Source: a virus. Taken from it: a DNA stretch of 64,000 bases. Position 1 is the stretch's first letter. Every line of letters begins with the position of its first letter. The notes beneath the pieces are model-generated. The model searched no databases, was not told where the DNA came from, and saw only the letters and a list, made by a program, of their open reading frames with translations. The position numbers were made by a program, and so were the translations under genes. Positions 49,610 through 60,292 of the stretch are shown here, in pieces. The DNA lies in the IMG/VR virus record IMGVR_UViG_3300023184_006193, positions 1 to 64,000 of that record. One strand, 5' to 3'.

Positions 49610-50748
49610 GATGCAAGAGTTTTGATAAATTTATTATAAAAATAATCTACAAGAGGTTTATTCTCTTCGAGGTAGGCTCTTAGATTATCAATACCTTGAT
49701 GCTGCTTCTTAAGTTCAAGATTTTGTTGTTTAAGCTCTTCTATAATTTCGTCTGAGAATGTTACCCACGCACCCTTGGCACTTGCGAATTCCCAAGAAAG
49801 AATTTGATCGATTACTTCATACTCTCTCCAAACAGAAGATCCATCCTTGCGACCATATTTAATTGGGTACTGTACTTTTGAATTAGTGGATTCATTGGTC
49901 GATTTCTTAATTGCAATTTTAACATTATGTCCAATAATTTTATTCTTAATTGGATCATATCTATCATTTGGCTTTTCAAGAATAAGGTCTTTATTAAACT
50001 TTGGTTCGAATTCAAGAATCCAATTAGCAAAATGCAATAGCGCATTACCACCAGTTGCAGTAGTTTGACGAATATCTTTATTGGCTGCATAAGGATCAAG
50101 CTTAATATCAGATCTAACTTGACTTATAAAAATTGCCATGTGACCACGTTTAGAAAGCGCAAGAGAAATTTTTTTCATCAACATTGATGAAATAACTGCG
50201 CCTCCTGCAACCTTTGTGGCTTCTGTCATACTCTTTTGAGAGTCTCCTTTAGTCATCAAACCATCAACAGAATCAAGAATGAATATATATCTCTTGTTTT
50301 CGTCATTAGATTGAATAAGATCTTTCATTAATTCTGAAACAGTTTCAAAAATATTGCATTCAAATACAAAACAAGTTCCATCTGTCCATTCTTTTGGATC
50401 GGTTACAAATTTAATTCCAGATCGCTCTTTGACTTCCTTGCTTAATCTTCCTTCTGCTTTGAATAGCAAAGCTCTAGAGTTTTCTACTGTTTTTAAGAAA
50501 TTTTTTGTTACTTCTAATGCTTCAGAAGTTTTACCACCCTCATTCATTCCGATGAATCTATGCAATCCTGGGCATAAACCACCACCAGTAGCTATATCCA
50601 GATTCAAACTGCCAGTCGATACTTTGTAATAAACCTCATCTTCAAAATTATAATGGTCTTCTTTATTATCTTTTAAAAATGATAATAGTCTATCTGATGC
50701 GCTAGGACCAGATGATTCTACAACTTCTTCTTTAGGTTTTCTTCCCAT
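49606..50748 (-). CDS. RecA/UvsX-like recombinase
   Basis: STGSLNLDIATGGG, GMNEGGKT (Walker A), ILDSV, FISQVR, TGGNALLH. Confidence 0.9.
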   Translation of the reverse strand: MGRKPKEEVVESSGPSASDRLLSFLKDNKEDHYNFEDEVYYKVSTGSLNLDIATGGGLCPGLHRFIGMNEGGKTSEALEVTKNFLKTVENSRALLFKAEGRLSKEVKERSGIKFVTDPKEWTDGTCFVFECNIFETVSELMKDLIQSNDENKRYIFILDSVDGLMTKGDSQKSMTEATKVAGGAVISSMLMKKISLALSKRGHMAIFISQVRSDIKLDPYAANKDIRQTTATGGNALLHFANWILEFEPKFNKDLILEKPNDRYDPIKNKIIGHNVKIAIKKSTNESTNSKVQYPIKYGRKDGSSVWREYEVIDQILSWEFASAKGAWVTFSDEIIEELKQQNLELKKQHQGIDNLRAYLEENKPLVDYFYNKFIKTLAS

Positions 50749-51076
50749 ATCTTATAAATTCTAACAGAGTTTTAGGTTTTTGGCAAACTTTTTTATCTTC
50801 TGCTACCTTATTTTCTTTTAATTCTATTTTAGTAATATTTAAATTCATATTAAAACTTTCATATTCCTTTAATAAGAAAGCTTTTCCTTCTGACTTTAAG
50901 AACCAAGCTAAAGATGGTGGAGGACTTCCTAGTTCTTTAAGATTATCCCAAAACTCCAAAGATTTAAATTTCTTTGTAAGTCTTTGGGCTATTTTAATTT
51001 CTCTTGGCCAATTTATATTTCCTTTAACGTATTTTTTAACTATTAATTGGCAAAGTTTATGATTTGAAATTTTCAA
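50732..51076 (-). CDS. Hypothetical protein
   Basis: 114-aa ORF overlapping both neighbours; C-terminal KTLLEFI. Confidence 0.55.
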   Translation of the reverse strand: MKISNHKLCQLIVKKYVKGNINWPREIKIAQRLTKKFKSLEFWDNLKELGSPPPSLAWFLKSEGKAFLLKEYESFNMNLNITKIELKENKVAEDKKVCQKPKTLLEFIRYGKKT

Positions 51077-52202
51077 TATCGCATTCTACCATCTTTTTCA
51101 CTAAATTGTCAAATGAAATTTTAGGTTTCCATCCAAGCTCTTTCCTTGCTTTATTTGAATTTCCTAATAATAATTCTACTTCTGCTGGCCTATAAAATTT
51201 AGGATTAACTTGAAGTAATATTTTATTATTATCAGATACATACATTGTATGTTCATTTTCACCAATCCATTTGCCATTTACTCCTGCTACATTAAAAGCT
51301 TTCTCTACAAACTCTTTAATTGTATGAGTTTCATTAGACGAGAACACGTATTCTTCTGGCACTCCATTATAATTTGAATTATATTTATCTTGATTTAGCA
51401 TCATCCAAACGCCTTCAATGAAATCTTCTGCATCGCTCCAATCTCTTTTTGCCTCCATATTGCCAAGCTCCATTGGTTTGAATTCTTCATTATTTTTTAA
51501 GGCATTGTGTATTCTTGCTATATTTTTAGTAATTTTTCTAGTTACGAATTCTTCTCCTCTTCTAATTCCTTCGTGATTAAATAACCATCCTTGAATTGCA
51601 TAAAGATTATACGAATCCCTATATACTTTGATCAATTGTCTAGAGGCGGCTTTGCTGGCGCCATATGGACTTCTTGGCCTTAATGGATGTTTTTCGTCTT
51701 GTGGACTATACATTACATTTCCGAACTCTTCGCTAGACCCAGCCTGATATAATCTGCAAGATGGTTTATAAAGTCTAATTGCTTCTAATATATCTAGAAC
51801 ACTAGTGGAATTAGTCGCCCATGTTTGCTTTGCGAAATCCCAACTACTCGCTACAAAACTTTGGGCAGCAAAATTAATAAAATAATCTGGTTGAAGTTTT
51901 TCTACTGTTCGAGCGATTGCGTGTGAATCTGTTAGATCAAAATTTATTAAATGAAATCTATCCGATTGTATATGTCTTATATTTTCATGATTATATACGC
52001 TAAGTCTTCTCACTCCTCCAAAAATTAATAAATCAGTATGCTTTAAAAGAAAATCAGCCATATGACTTCCATCTTGTCCAGTTACTCCAGTTATTACTAC
52101 GGTTTTTCTTCCTTTTATAAGTTTACTTGCGTCTTCAATATTTAAGATATTTGCCGTATCTATTTTTTTGCCATGATATGTTTCTATAAAATTTTTATTC
52201 AT
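51057..52202 (-). CDS. gmd: GDP-mannose 4,6-dehydratase
   Basis: ITGVTGQDGS, AQSFV..SW, YQAGSSE, PRSPYGASK, LFNHE..RGEEFVTRKI, RDW, YRPAEVELLLG. Confidence 0.95.
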   Translation of the reverse strand: MNKNFIETYHGKKIDTANILNIEDASKLIKGRKTVVITGVTGQDGSHMADFLLKHTDLLIFGGVRRLSVYNHENIRHIQSDRFHLINFDLTDSHAIARTVEKLQPDYFINFAAQSFVASSWDFAKQTWATNSTSVLDILEAIRLYKPSCRLYQAGSSEEFGNVMYSPQDEKHPLRPRSPYGASKAASRQLIKVYRDSYNLYAIQGWLFNHEGIRRGEEFVTRKITKNIARIHNALKNNEEFKPMELGNMEAKRDWSDAEDFIEGVWMMLNQDKYNSNYNGVPEEYVFSSNETHTIKEFVEKAFNVAGVNGKWIGENEHTMYVSDNNKILLQVNPKFYRPAEVELLLGNSNKARKELGWKPKISFDNLVKKMVECDIENFKS

Positions 52203-53127
52203 TTTTAAAAAAATTATTAATCTTTAGAAATTTATATAAATCTTCTTTTGATAGAACGCAGTCTTTAGATGAATATTCTCCATTTGTAAAATTTACTTCA
52301 TTATATATATTTTTGTAATGCATTAAAAAGAAATCCTTTTCTTCTTTTATTCTTGGCATCTCTTCTTTGCAAGACATAATTTCATGAATTTTTTCACTTA
52401 TTCTTGGCTTACCTATTTGATATTTTAAACCAAACTCTTCTTTATAGATCTCAAAGACATCTTTAATTAAAAAACTATCTATTTTAGGTATTAAATTAAA
52501 ACCCGTATAATTTAAAGCGTTTTCTATAAGTTCAATTGCTTGGCTAATATGAATTTTAAATCTAGTCATTTCTTCTGAATACAAGGTAAGCGAGTAATTG
52601 TTTTTAAGTGCATCCCAAATTAATGGAATTAAACTTCCAGTAGAATTTGTAACATTTCCATAAATAACACTAGAAAGTTTGACTTTACTTCTTTCTGCAT
52701 TTGTAATGAAACTTTCTCCTGCTACGAATTTCATTGATCCATAGAGGGTAGTTGCGGCTCTACTTTTATCTGAAGAAATAAAACAAGAGGATTCAAAATT
52801 ATTATTCTCTGATATTGTTCTACTGTTTAATGCGCCATGTATAATAGTTTGAATTGATTCTTCAATATTTTGATCAACAGCCTCTATTTGTTTTAGGCTT
52901 GCGGTAAAAATACCGATTTGATGATCTTTTGAAGATTTATTCATTAAATCTAAGTTCCTTACATCTCCTAATATGAAATTGACTTCTGGATATTTCTTTT
53001 TTAAGAAATAATGTTTTGCTTCGTCTCTGCTATAAACTGTTAAGTAATTATCTTTATGCAAGTGTTCTATTAAATTCTTACCTAAAAATCCTGCTCCACC
53101 AGTTATAAATATTTTTTTATTTTTCAT
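52195..53127 (-). CDS. UDP-N-acetylglucosamine 4,6-dehydratase (PseB/FnlA-like)
   Basis: ITGGAGFLG, YSRDEAK, GDVR, SDK..YGSMK, YGNV..S.GS, MTRF, EKIHE. Confidence 0.85.
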   Translation of the reverse strand: MKNKKIFITGGAGFLGKNLIEHLHKDNYLTVYSRDEAKHYFLKKKYPEVNFILGDVRNLDLMNKSSKDHQIGIFTASLKQIEAVDQNIEESIQTIIHGALNSRTISENNNFESSCFISSDKSRAATTLYGSMKFVAGESFITNAERSKVKLSSVIYGNVTNSTGSLIPLIWDALKNNYSLTLYSEEMTRFKIHISQAIELIENALNYTGFNLIPKIDSFLIKDVFEIYKEEFGLKYQIGKPRISEKIHEIMSCKEEMPRIKEEKDFFLMHYKNIYNEVNFTNGEYSSKDCVLSKEDLYKFLKINNFFKNE

Positions 53128-54007
53128 TTCTTAGGAAAGAATCATATTCTTTAGGGAATTTATTTGGAAAATATCTAGTATATCCCTCTGGATTGTCTGA
53201 TCCATTAATTCCTCCTCCTTCAATGTGGACTCCAATAACATAATCTATTATGTCTATAAATGCAGATTTTTCAAAAGAATTTCCTTTATGTTTAAGATTT
53301 AAGTATTCATCCCATAGCACAGATATTCCCCCAGTTATCATGCCATCGTTTATTACCGATTTGTTATTTATTACTTTAGTGGCTTCTTCCATTATTTTCC
53401 AAAATCTAGATTTTTGATCTTCATTTAAATTATTAAAAAATCTTTTTTTATTAAATAAAAATGTTCCACAGCAATGAGTTCCATATTGGATAGTTATATT
53501 GCAAGATTTAAGTTTTAATATTTTTGATGTATAGAGTTTTTCTCTATTTGAAACATCTTTTCCAAATTGTTCTTTTGTCACATCTCCAAACCAAGTAATA
53601 CATTTTTCTTTTTGATAAAATTCTTTAAATGATGACCCACAAATTCCAACTGAATCTTCTTCTGCTTCTAGTACTTCTATACATTCTTCAAGATATCCTT
53701 TTCTCCAGATATAGTCTGTTTCAAGAAAAAATATATAATCAAAGTTTTCATTTTTTATAATATCAAAACATTTTTTATAATTAGCGGCGTATCCTATATT
53801 CTTTTCATTTATATCTAGAGTTATATTAAGTTCTTTATTTTTTTCTTTAAAACTTTTTAAGTAATTTTGGCATTCTTCATTAGAATTATCATCAAAGATA
53901 TATATATGGTCTGGTTTTTTGTCTGTATTTTCAATAGATGTTCTTAATGATTCTTTTAGAATATTTAATCTATTATAAGAAAAGTAAACAAAAGCAATTT
54001 TATTCAT
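53117..54007 (-). CDS. GT-A (GT2-like) glycosyltransferase
   Basis: SYNR, IFDDNS, NIGY, FLETD. Confidence 0.75.
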   Translation of the reverse strand: MNKIAFVYFSYNRLNILKESLRTSIENTDKKPDHIYIFDDNSNEECQNYLKSFKEKNKELNITLDINEKNIGYAANYKKCFDIIKNENFDYIFFLETDYIWRKGYLEECIEVLEAEEDSVGICGSSFKEFYQKEKCITWFGDVTKEQFGKDVSNREKLYTSKILKLKSCNITIQYGTHCCGTFLFNKKRFFNNLNEDQKSRFWKIMEEATKVINNKSVINDGMITGGISVLWDEYLNLKHKGNSFEKSAFIDIIDYVIGVHIEGGGINGSDNPEGYTRYFPNKFPKEYDSFLRNEK

Positions 54008-54773
54008 AAAAATTTTTCAATTCATCTAATTGATTTTTTAAAGGTTTAATTTTAAAATCTGTTTTTAAACATTTATTTATGATTATTGTTTTTTTAGATA
54101 TTATATCTTTTTTTAAATTATATACGTTATTTATGAGTTTTAATAGATTATATTTAGTTATTTTTTCTGTTCCAATTTGTATGACTTTATCTTTTTCTTT
54201 CCAGTTTTTAACAATTGAAAATGCTTGGATTGACCACTCTAAGGTAGTAATTCCATTCCAATAATGATTATGAAATCCATTAACTTTATCTTTTTGATTA
54301 AAAAACCATTCCATGAGAGATTTCTTTCCATATACTTCTGGACCAATAATAGAAGTTCTTAATTGTTTTACATTATTGAATTTTTCAAGAATTTTAGATA
54401 TATATGCTTTACTTATTCCATAATCATCCTGTGCATCTTTTATATCATTTTTAGAATAAAATTTATTAACTTTTAAATCGCCAGAAAATTCACAATCCGT
54501 AGTTGGATGTAAAATTTTGCCATTAAAATTTTTAGCAAGAAATAAAGGCAAGTCAATATTTATTGATTTAAAATCTTCCCATTTATTATTTTTTTGTGGA
54601 ATTGCGCCAATACAATTTATTAAAAAATTTGATTTTGATTTTTTTATTAATGTTTTGAATTCTTCTGTAGGCCATCGATAGTCTATGGTTTCTATATTAA
54701 TATTTTTTTTTAAGAAATACTTAACTACCATATGTCCGAGCATACCTTTATGCCCCAGAATTAAAATTTTCAT
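54000..54773 (-). CDS. NDP-4-keto-6-deoxyhexose reductase (RmlD-like SDR)
   Basis: GHKGMLG, INCIG, TDCEFSG, YGISK, RTSIIG. Confidence 0.85.
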   Translation of the reverse strand: MKILILGHKGMLGHMVVKYFLKKNINIETIDYRWPTEEFKTLIKKSKSNFLINCIGAIPQKNNKWEDFKSINIDLPLFLAKNFNGKILHPTTDCEFSGDLKVNKFYSKNDIKDAQDDYGISKAYISKILEKFNNVKQLRTSIIGPEVYGKKSLMEWFFNQKDKVNGFHNHYWNGITTLEWSIQAFSIVKNWKEKDKVIQIGTEKITKYNLLKLINNVYNLKKDIISKKTIIINKCLKTDFKIKPLKNQLDELKNFYE

Positions 54774-55561
54774 CAAATAAATTCTCCAATTATTTTTCTA
54801 AAATCTGTTGTAGACATTCCAGTTTTATGTTGAAAATATTTTTGTGGATTATAACTTAATGCTTCCTTATTTTCTGAAAACAATTTTTTAATTGTCCTGG
54901 ATACACCATGATAAACTGGAACATCTCCATTTAATATGAATTTATAATTTTCATTCATTTTTAATAATCTATATGGAAAATAGTCATCCATGCAATGACC
55001 TGGATACCAATTTAAATCCCATCCATCAGTATATCCATTAACTTTAAATAAATCCTCTGTTCTTAAAATTAAAGGATGTTGTCTGGAATAAGAGTCGTTT
55101 ATTTTATAAAATCCATTTTTTGCTTTTTGATTGAATTTATCAAAAGTAGTTTCATCTATTTCTCCTAAATCATCAGATATAACATTTTTTTGATAGAGTG
55201 GATCATGATTACTTCTTTCAACAAGAACCGCGCATGCTGTACATGGGTAATTTTTTTCAATAGTTTCTATAAGTTTTTTATCCCATCCTATAGAAAAAAT
55301 CATATCATCATTTATTATGGCTGTATATTCATGCTTTATGAATGGAATAGTAAAATCTATTGCAAAGGATGCGCCAAGATTTTTTGGAGTATTTATGTAT
55401 TCTAAATTAAAATCTTCACAAATTTTTATTGATTCTGGATCTTTACCCTGAATTATTGGTATAATTTGCGTTTCTACAGTTGCAGATTTAATTAATGAAT
55501 CTAGACAATTTTTTAAAAGAGCTGGAGATTTCCATGTGCATACTGGTATTGTTAAATTCAT
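54773..55561 (-). CDS. GT-A (GT2-like) glycosyltransferase
   Basis: LTIPV, NLG, INDDM (DxD-like), DD...VYH. Confidence 0.75.
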   Translation of the reverse strand: MNLTIPVCTWKSPALLKNCLDSLIKSATVETQIIPIIQGKDPESIKICEDFNLEYINTPKNLGASFAIDFTIPFIKHEYTAIINDDMIFSIGWDKKLIETIEKNYPCTACAVLVERSNHDPLYQKNVISDDLGEIDETTFDKFNQKAKNGFYKINDSYSRQHPLILRTEDLFKVNGYTDGWDLNWYPGHCMDDYFPYRLLKMNENYKFILNGDVPVYHGVSRTIKKLFSENKEALSYNPQKYFQHKTGMSTTDFRKIIGEFI

Positions 55562-56350
55562 TTAGAAAAATTTTATATCCTTATCTTGATAAATATTATC
55601 TATAAAATATGGATGATTTTCCATTATTTTTGGATGAGATAAATTAAAATCTTTTATTTCTACTGGTATTGTATATATACCATTTTCTTCTTTATAACCT
55701 TGATTATATAAGCTTTGATTCTCTGGGTGTTCATTATCATAAAATTTCATTTTTAAATGAAATGATTGCGGGTTATTCTTTTTCACATAATTATAATGAT
55801 AATATCTTATAGTATTGGGAAGAGTAATATATGAGTAGTTCGAAGCATAAGAGCAATGATTGGCTTCGATAAATTTTGCATTATCTTTTGGCCTAAAAAC
55901 TCTAAAATATTCTCCATCATAATATTTTTTAAAAGAATTGCAAAAATTATATGAATTTAATCTTATTTCTTTAATATTATCATGATCTTTATAAAATTTT
56001 AAATAATTTAATGTTTCTTCTATTTCTTGGGTATGATGAACTTCATCTGCGTCAATTAAGAACAACCAATCTGCATTTTCTTGTATAGCTATATTCATTG
56101 CGATTTGACAATGATCGTACTCCGTGTTTCCATTCGCTTGTATTAGTTTATATTTTTTATCTAATTTTAAATACTTGTTAATTATATTATATGTTTTTTC
56201 ATCTGATCTTTGGTTTGCGCCAGCAGTTTGTGCAGATTTCCATGATCCCTCTACAATATAAAGATCACCAGGAAAATGAATGACGCTTTCTAAAGCTTTA
56301 TCTAAATATTCAAAATCATTAAATACCCTTAAAAAAGAAATTATTTTCAT
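55562..56350 (-). CDS. GT-A (GT2) glycosyltransferase
   Basis: DWLFLIDADE, RVFR, YHY. Confidence 0.8.
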   Translation of the reverse strand: MKIISFLRVFNDFEYLDKALESVIHFPGDLYIVEGSWKSAQTAGANQRSDEKTYNIINKYLKLDKKYKLIQANGNTEYDHCQIAMNIAIQENADWLFLIDADEVHHTQEIEETLNYLKFYKDHDNIKEIRLNSYNFCNSFKKYYDGEYFRVFRPKDNAKFIEANHCSYASNYSYITLPNTIRYYHYNYVKKNNPQSFHLKMKFYDNEHPENQSLYNQGYKEENGIYTIPVEIKDFNLSHPKIMENHPYFIDNIYQDKDIKFF

Positions 56351-57186
56351 TTCCATTTCCACCTATTCTCTAAATCTTCGCCAAATTGTAACACTTGACA
56401 CCAATCTTTTCTAAACCATGGATATTCATCTGTTTTATGTAATTCTTGATGACTATAATGTTTTGTGTAATTTTTACCATTTGGTTGTGGGTTATATTTT
56501 TTATAGGATATTAAGTCTATGTTTAGATCTAATAGATCTTGCATAAAAAAATCAAAATATTTTTTAATAAAATTAAATCCATCAGTTCCTCCGCCCATTT
56601 CGTGGCATCCTTCTGGATTATATTCAATTCCTCTTTTATTTAAATATTCTAAAATAACTTGTCTCTCTACAAATCCATTAATATTTTGTAAATTCCAATA
56701 AGCCTCAACATGTTCAATTTCTCCAAATAAAAGTTGATCTAGTATAAATTTAGATTCTTTCCAATCGTCCCAGCATAAACCAGAAAGTTTTTTTTCATCA
56801 TTTAGTCTTAATTTAATTTTTTCAATGACGCTTTCTATTTTAGGAAAAAGTAAATCTGTTCTTATTTTGAATACATATTTAGGATTAAATTGTTTGATGA
56901 CATGAATTGCATTTAATGTAGATATTTTTTGCAAATTACAATTACCTCTTCCTCGCTCTTGTGGGTATTTATTAATGATAGTTAATATGTCTTTTTGTTT
57001 TAAATACTCAAGAACATTGATTGGTGAGTCTTCCCATGTAGACCATATAACATTATTATACATTGAATAGTGATCAATGATTTTATATAGATCTGTATAT
57101 GGTGTGCCTCCGATTTTAAAATCTACATCATTCCAAAAGGATGTACCTTGTACAATAAGCCATGTATCTTTTAAATCAATTTTCAT
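56347..57186 (-). CDS. WavE-like putative glycosyltransferase
   Basis: LIVQG, IWSTW, NxNLQ..ST, KIRTDL, DQLLFG. Confidence 0.65.
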   Translation of the reverse strand: MKIDLKDTWLIVQGTSFWNDVDFKIGGTPYTDLYKIIDHYSMYNNVIWSTWEDSPINVLEYLKQKDILTIINKYPQERGRGNCNLQKISTLNAIHVIKQFNPKYVFKIRTDLLFPKIESVIEKIKLRLNDEKKLSGLCWDDWKESKFILDQLLFGEIEHVEAYWNLQNINGFVERQVILEYLNKRGIEYNPEGCHEMGGGTDGFNFIKKYFDFFMQDLLDLNIDLISYKKYNPQPNGKNYTKHYSHQELHKTDEYPWFRKDWCQVLQFGEDLENRWKWK

Positions 57187-57898
57187 ATTTTGATAATAAA
57201 TTTTCTTGATGAGGTCCTAATATGTATTCGTTGTTTGAATATCTGCAAGTTTCAAAATTAAAATCAAAGTACTCAATCTTTAATCCTAAAATTTGCACAT
57301 ACATAGATAATAACATTTCTGCATGAATTCCCATTGGAGATATCTCCCATATGGTTCTTATGTTTGTATATAAATTACTAATTTTATTAGCTACTTCTGA
57401 ATTTGAATACCAAAATAAATCGCATATACCAAAATTCTGATTTGTATTAGGAAAATATATTGTATTTTCATTAATACTTGTTGGAATTATAAAATTTTCA
57501 TGAAAATATATATCTGGTCTAGCTCTAACAACTAAATCATATTTAAAATTTTGGTGATTCTCTTCTATGGATTTAAGTAAATTGCATTTAAGTATTTTAT
57601 AATACATTGACATTACTCTATCTATAATATGAAATTTATTAGTTTCTAGCGCTGAATTTTTAAAATTATTTTTATATTCATTATTAAATACCTCTATTTC
57701 ATATTTTAATGGAGATAACTCTTTTATTAAATCATATGGAGAGGATTGATCGGGCCACATATGATCTTGATCTTGATCCCATAGGTATGTGCTTATGAAA
57801 ATATCAAAATTATTATTTTTAATCAATTTATCATAAAAATTGTTTTTAATTCTTTTATAAGTTCTTGGCATCCCAGATATGCATAATGCTGATTTCAT
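57176..57898 (-). CDS. Putative glycosyltransferase (ALCxSGxxR / RxRPD family)
   Basis: ALCISGMPR, DIFIST, SMYYKI, KYDLVVRARPD, D, HAE. Confidence 0.6.
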   Translation of the reverse strand: MKSALCISGMPRTYKRIKNNFYDKLIKNNNFDIFISTYLWDQDQDHMWPDQSSPYDLIKELSPLKYEIEVFNNEYKNNFKNSALETNKFHIIDRVMSMYYKILKCNLLKSIEENHQNFKYDLVVRARPDIYFHENFIIPTSINENTIYFPNTNQNFGICDLFWYSNSEVANKISNLYTNIRTIWEISPMGIHAEMLLSMYVQILGLKIEYFDFNFETCRYSNNEYILGPHQENLLSKYEN

Positions 57899-58647
57899 AT
57901 ATTTACATTTAAAATATTATTTGCATTTAATGTTCTAATTTTAAATTCTGGCCTAAGAGTTAAATACTGCCAATCAAAATTAAAATATTTTACATTAATA
58001 TTATTCATATTAAGCCATACTTGAAGATGTTTCTCATTTGATGGTTCAGGTGCTACCCTATCTGCCACGATCTCTAAATTATAATATAAGTTACAAATTT
58101 TGTCCATTGTATTCGAATTAGCAATATAAACTATATCGTTTATTTCCCCGCAATGTCCAAGTGGCATATAAACTGAGTTATTATCATTTTTAATTTGATT
58201 TAATAAATCTAATGTTAATACATCTTTAATAAAGACATCCGTGCGCCATTTTATAACTATATCATATTTAAAGTTTTTTTCAAATTCATATTGATTTTTG
58301 AGTTGATTCGATTTCCATACTTTATAATAAAATGCAAAAAATCTTGCCCAATTATTCTTGTAATGAACTTGGGGTTGGTGAAAAATCTTTAAATATTTTT
58401 CGTTAGTGAAATTTTTTTCAATTTCATCGTTATAAATCTCTTCATCATAAGATGTTGGATTATATAGGTTTATCATTTTTTTAAGATTTAAATTTTCTCC
58501 TTTACCGATCTCTTCTTCTTTCACTTGATTATCCCAACAACTTATAAAAGTATCGGCATTAAATTTATCTATAATAGATTCTTTAATAAATGGAAAAGAT
58601 ACGTCATATCTTCTTGTTAAGCCATGCAAAAGTAGCGCTACCTTCAT
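57895..58647 (-). CDS. Putative glycosyltransferase, paralog of 57176..57898
   Basis: VALLLHGLTR, DTFISCW, FYYKV, KYDIVIKWRTD, IND, NE. Confidence 0.6.
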   Translation of the reverse strand: MKVALLLHGLTRRYDVSFPFIKESIIDKFNADTFISCWDNQVKEEEIGKGENLNLKKMINLYNPTSYDEEIYNDEIEKNFTNEKYLKIFHQPQVHYKNNWARFFAFYYKVWKSNQLKNQYEFEKNFKYDIVIKWRTDVFIKDVLTLDLLNQIKNDNNSVYMPLGHCGEINDIVYIANSNTMDKICNLYYNLEIVADRVAPEPSNEKHLQVWLNMNNINVKYFNFDWQYLTLRPEFKIRTLNANNILNVNI

Positions 58648-59615
58648 AACAAGATATCTTTTATTCTATTTTTAATAGTCTCTTTTATTTCTATGTCTAT
58701 TTCTTGTGGTAAATATTTTTTCTTAAATTCTTTAAATGAATCGTTTGAAAATATATAATGACAACAAATTTTAATTAGATCTTCTTTATTCTCTTGAGGA
58801 TTAAACTCTGAGCTTACCCATTTCTTCCATTTGCCAGAATCAAAACACATTTGAAATAAAATATTTTTAGCATCTGCACCTAGATATTTTAATATTACAG
58901 AAGACTCTATAATGCCAAACTCTGGAGCAATATTTATGCAGTCTAATCCTAGATTAAATTTTTCTTTTATAATTTCTGTTGATTGATAATCTCCATTATG
59001 CTCTTTTGATATTAAATTAAATTTTTTTGCTACTTTAAGCATTTTAAGTAGTTTATCTTTATCATATTCCCCTGTATTTTTACCATCTTTTAATTTTGTG
59101 CCACATTGAATTACTAAGTATTTAATTTTATTAAATTGATTTTCTGTAACAAGTGATTTTACCTTGTCTACAAAAATCTCAAGTTCTTCTGGTGAAATTT
59201 CTCTAAGAGCTTGTTCCGTAGCAATTTCATAATAAATATTGGCATTTGCAAATTCGCAAAATTTTAAATATTCTGCTGTTTTAATCGCAGCTTTATCTAG
59301 ATCTTTATATTTTAAAAATGGATCTAAATGAATAAAGTCAAAATACTTTGTATCATTATGAAATGAGGCAAAGGTGTCTTCATTATCAGATTTTCCTTGG
59401 CTTTCTCCACCATGATCTCTAAAAATTTTTATTTTATTAGTTTTAGATCTAACATATTCTGAAAATGTTTTAGAGTTAAAGTTTCCTACATATCCTCCAT
59501 CATAATCAATTTGTCTTCTAGATGGAATTAGGCCTAATTCGATATTGTTTTCAATGCAAAATTCAATTGTTGCATCTATAGTATTTAATGATACTGGCCC
59601 TAAAAATAATTTCAT
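58644..59615 (-). CDS. GatZ/KbaZ-like TIM-barrel (tagatose-6-phosphate epimerase-like)
   Basis: LGPVS, SRRQID..GGY, RDHGG, IHLDP, YEIATE, VIQCGT, KEHNGDY, NIAPEFG. Confidence 0.7.
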   Translation of the reverse strand: MKLFLGPVSLNTIDATIEFCIENNIELGLIPSRRQIDYDGGYVGNFNSKTFSEYVRSKTNKIKIFRDHGGESQGKSDNEDTFASFHNDTKYFDFIHLDPFLKYKDLDKAAIKTAEYLKFCEFANANIYYEIATEQALREISPEELEIFVDKVKSLVTENQFNKIKYLVIQCGTKLKDGKNTGEYDKDKLLKMLKVAKKFNLISKEHNGDYQSTEIIKEKFNLGLDCINIAPEFGIIESSVILKYLGADAKNILFQMCFDSGKWKKWVSSEFNPQENKEDLIKICCHYIFSNDSFKEFKKKYLPQEIDIEIKETIKNRIKDILL

Positions 59616-60292
59616 TTTATTCTTCTATAAATTCTTACTCCACCCCAATATTTTTGATTATCATATTCATCAATTATTAATTCAAATCCTTTATTTTCAA
59701 TATCAAAATCTTCAATTCCTTTTATAACATTGATATGAGTATCTTCTTGATCGCATTCTTCTGTTTTTGGTTGCTCTGTTCCGCCTTGAAATTTTGGAGA
59801 AGTATCGTGCAATCCTAAATATCCTCCAATTTTAACTTTATTGTGATATGCTCTAAGATCTTTTAATACGTGAATCCTACAATGGCAAGCGTCAATAAAA
59901 ATAAAATGAAAATCATTGTTTAGAGAATCTATTACAGATTTATCTGTAGATTTACCATCTATAAAATGCATATCTGTTTCATTAAAAAATCTAGGATCAT
60001 ATCCATGAAGTTTGCTGTCAACTCCATATGCTTGAGTATTATTCTTTTTAATTGCTTCTAAATATAAATGCATTGATTTAAGAAAATGCCCATGAGCGGT
60101 TCCTACTTCCAATATATTCCATTGTTCTTGACTAAAATAATCGGCAGTTAATTTTAATGCTGTTGATACGGCAACCCAATCTCCAGGTGGATTGGAGTCT
60201 AAATGTTGAATTTTTAATGAATTATCTATGATATTGAAATCTAATTCTTTTGATGAATAAAAGGAATATTCGCCATTATATATTAAGTTCAT
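59612..60292 (-). CDS. Class I SAM methyltransferase (Methyltransf_24-like)
   Basis: ILEVGT..G, YGVD, FIFIDACH, GGYLGLHD. Confidence 0.85.
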   Translation of the reverse strand: MNLIYNGEYSFYSSKELDFNIIDNSLKIQHLDSNPPGDWVAVSTALKLTADYFSQEQWNILEVGTAHGHFLKSMHLYLEAIKKNNTQAYGVDSKLHGYDPRFFNETDMHFIDGKSTDKSVIDSLNNDFHFIFIDACHCRIHVLKDLRAYHNKVKIGGYLGLHDTSPKFQGGTEQPKTEECDQEDTHINVIKGIEDFDIENKGFELIIDEYDNQKYWGGVRIYRRIK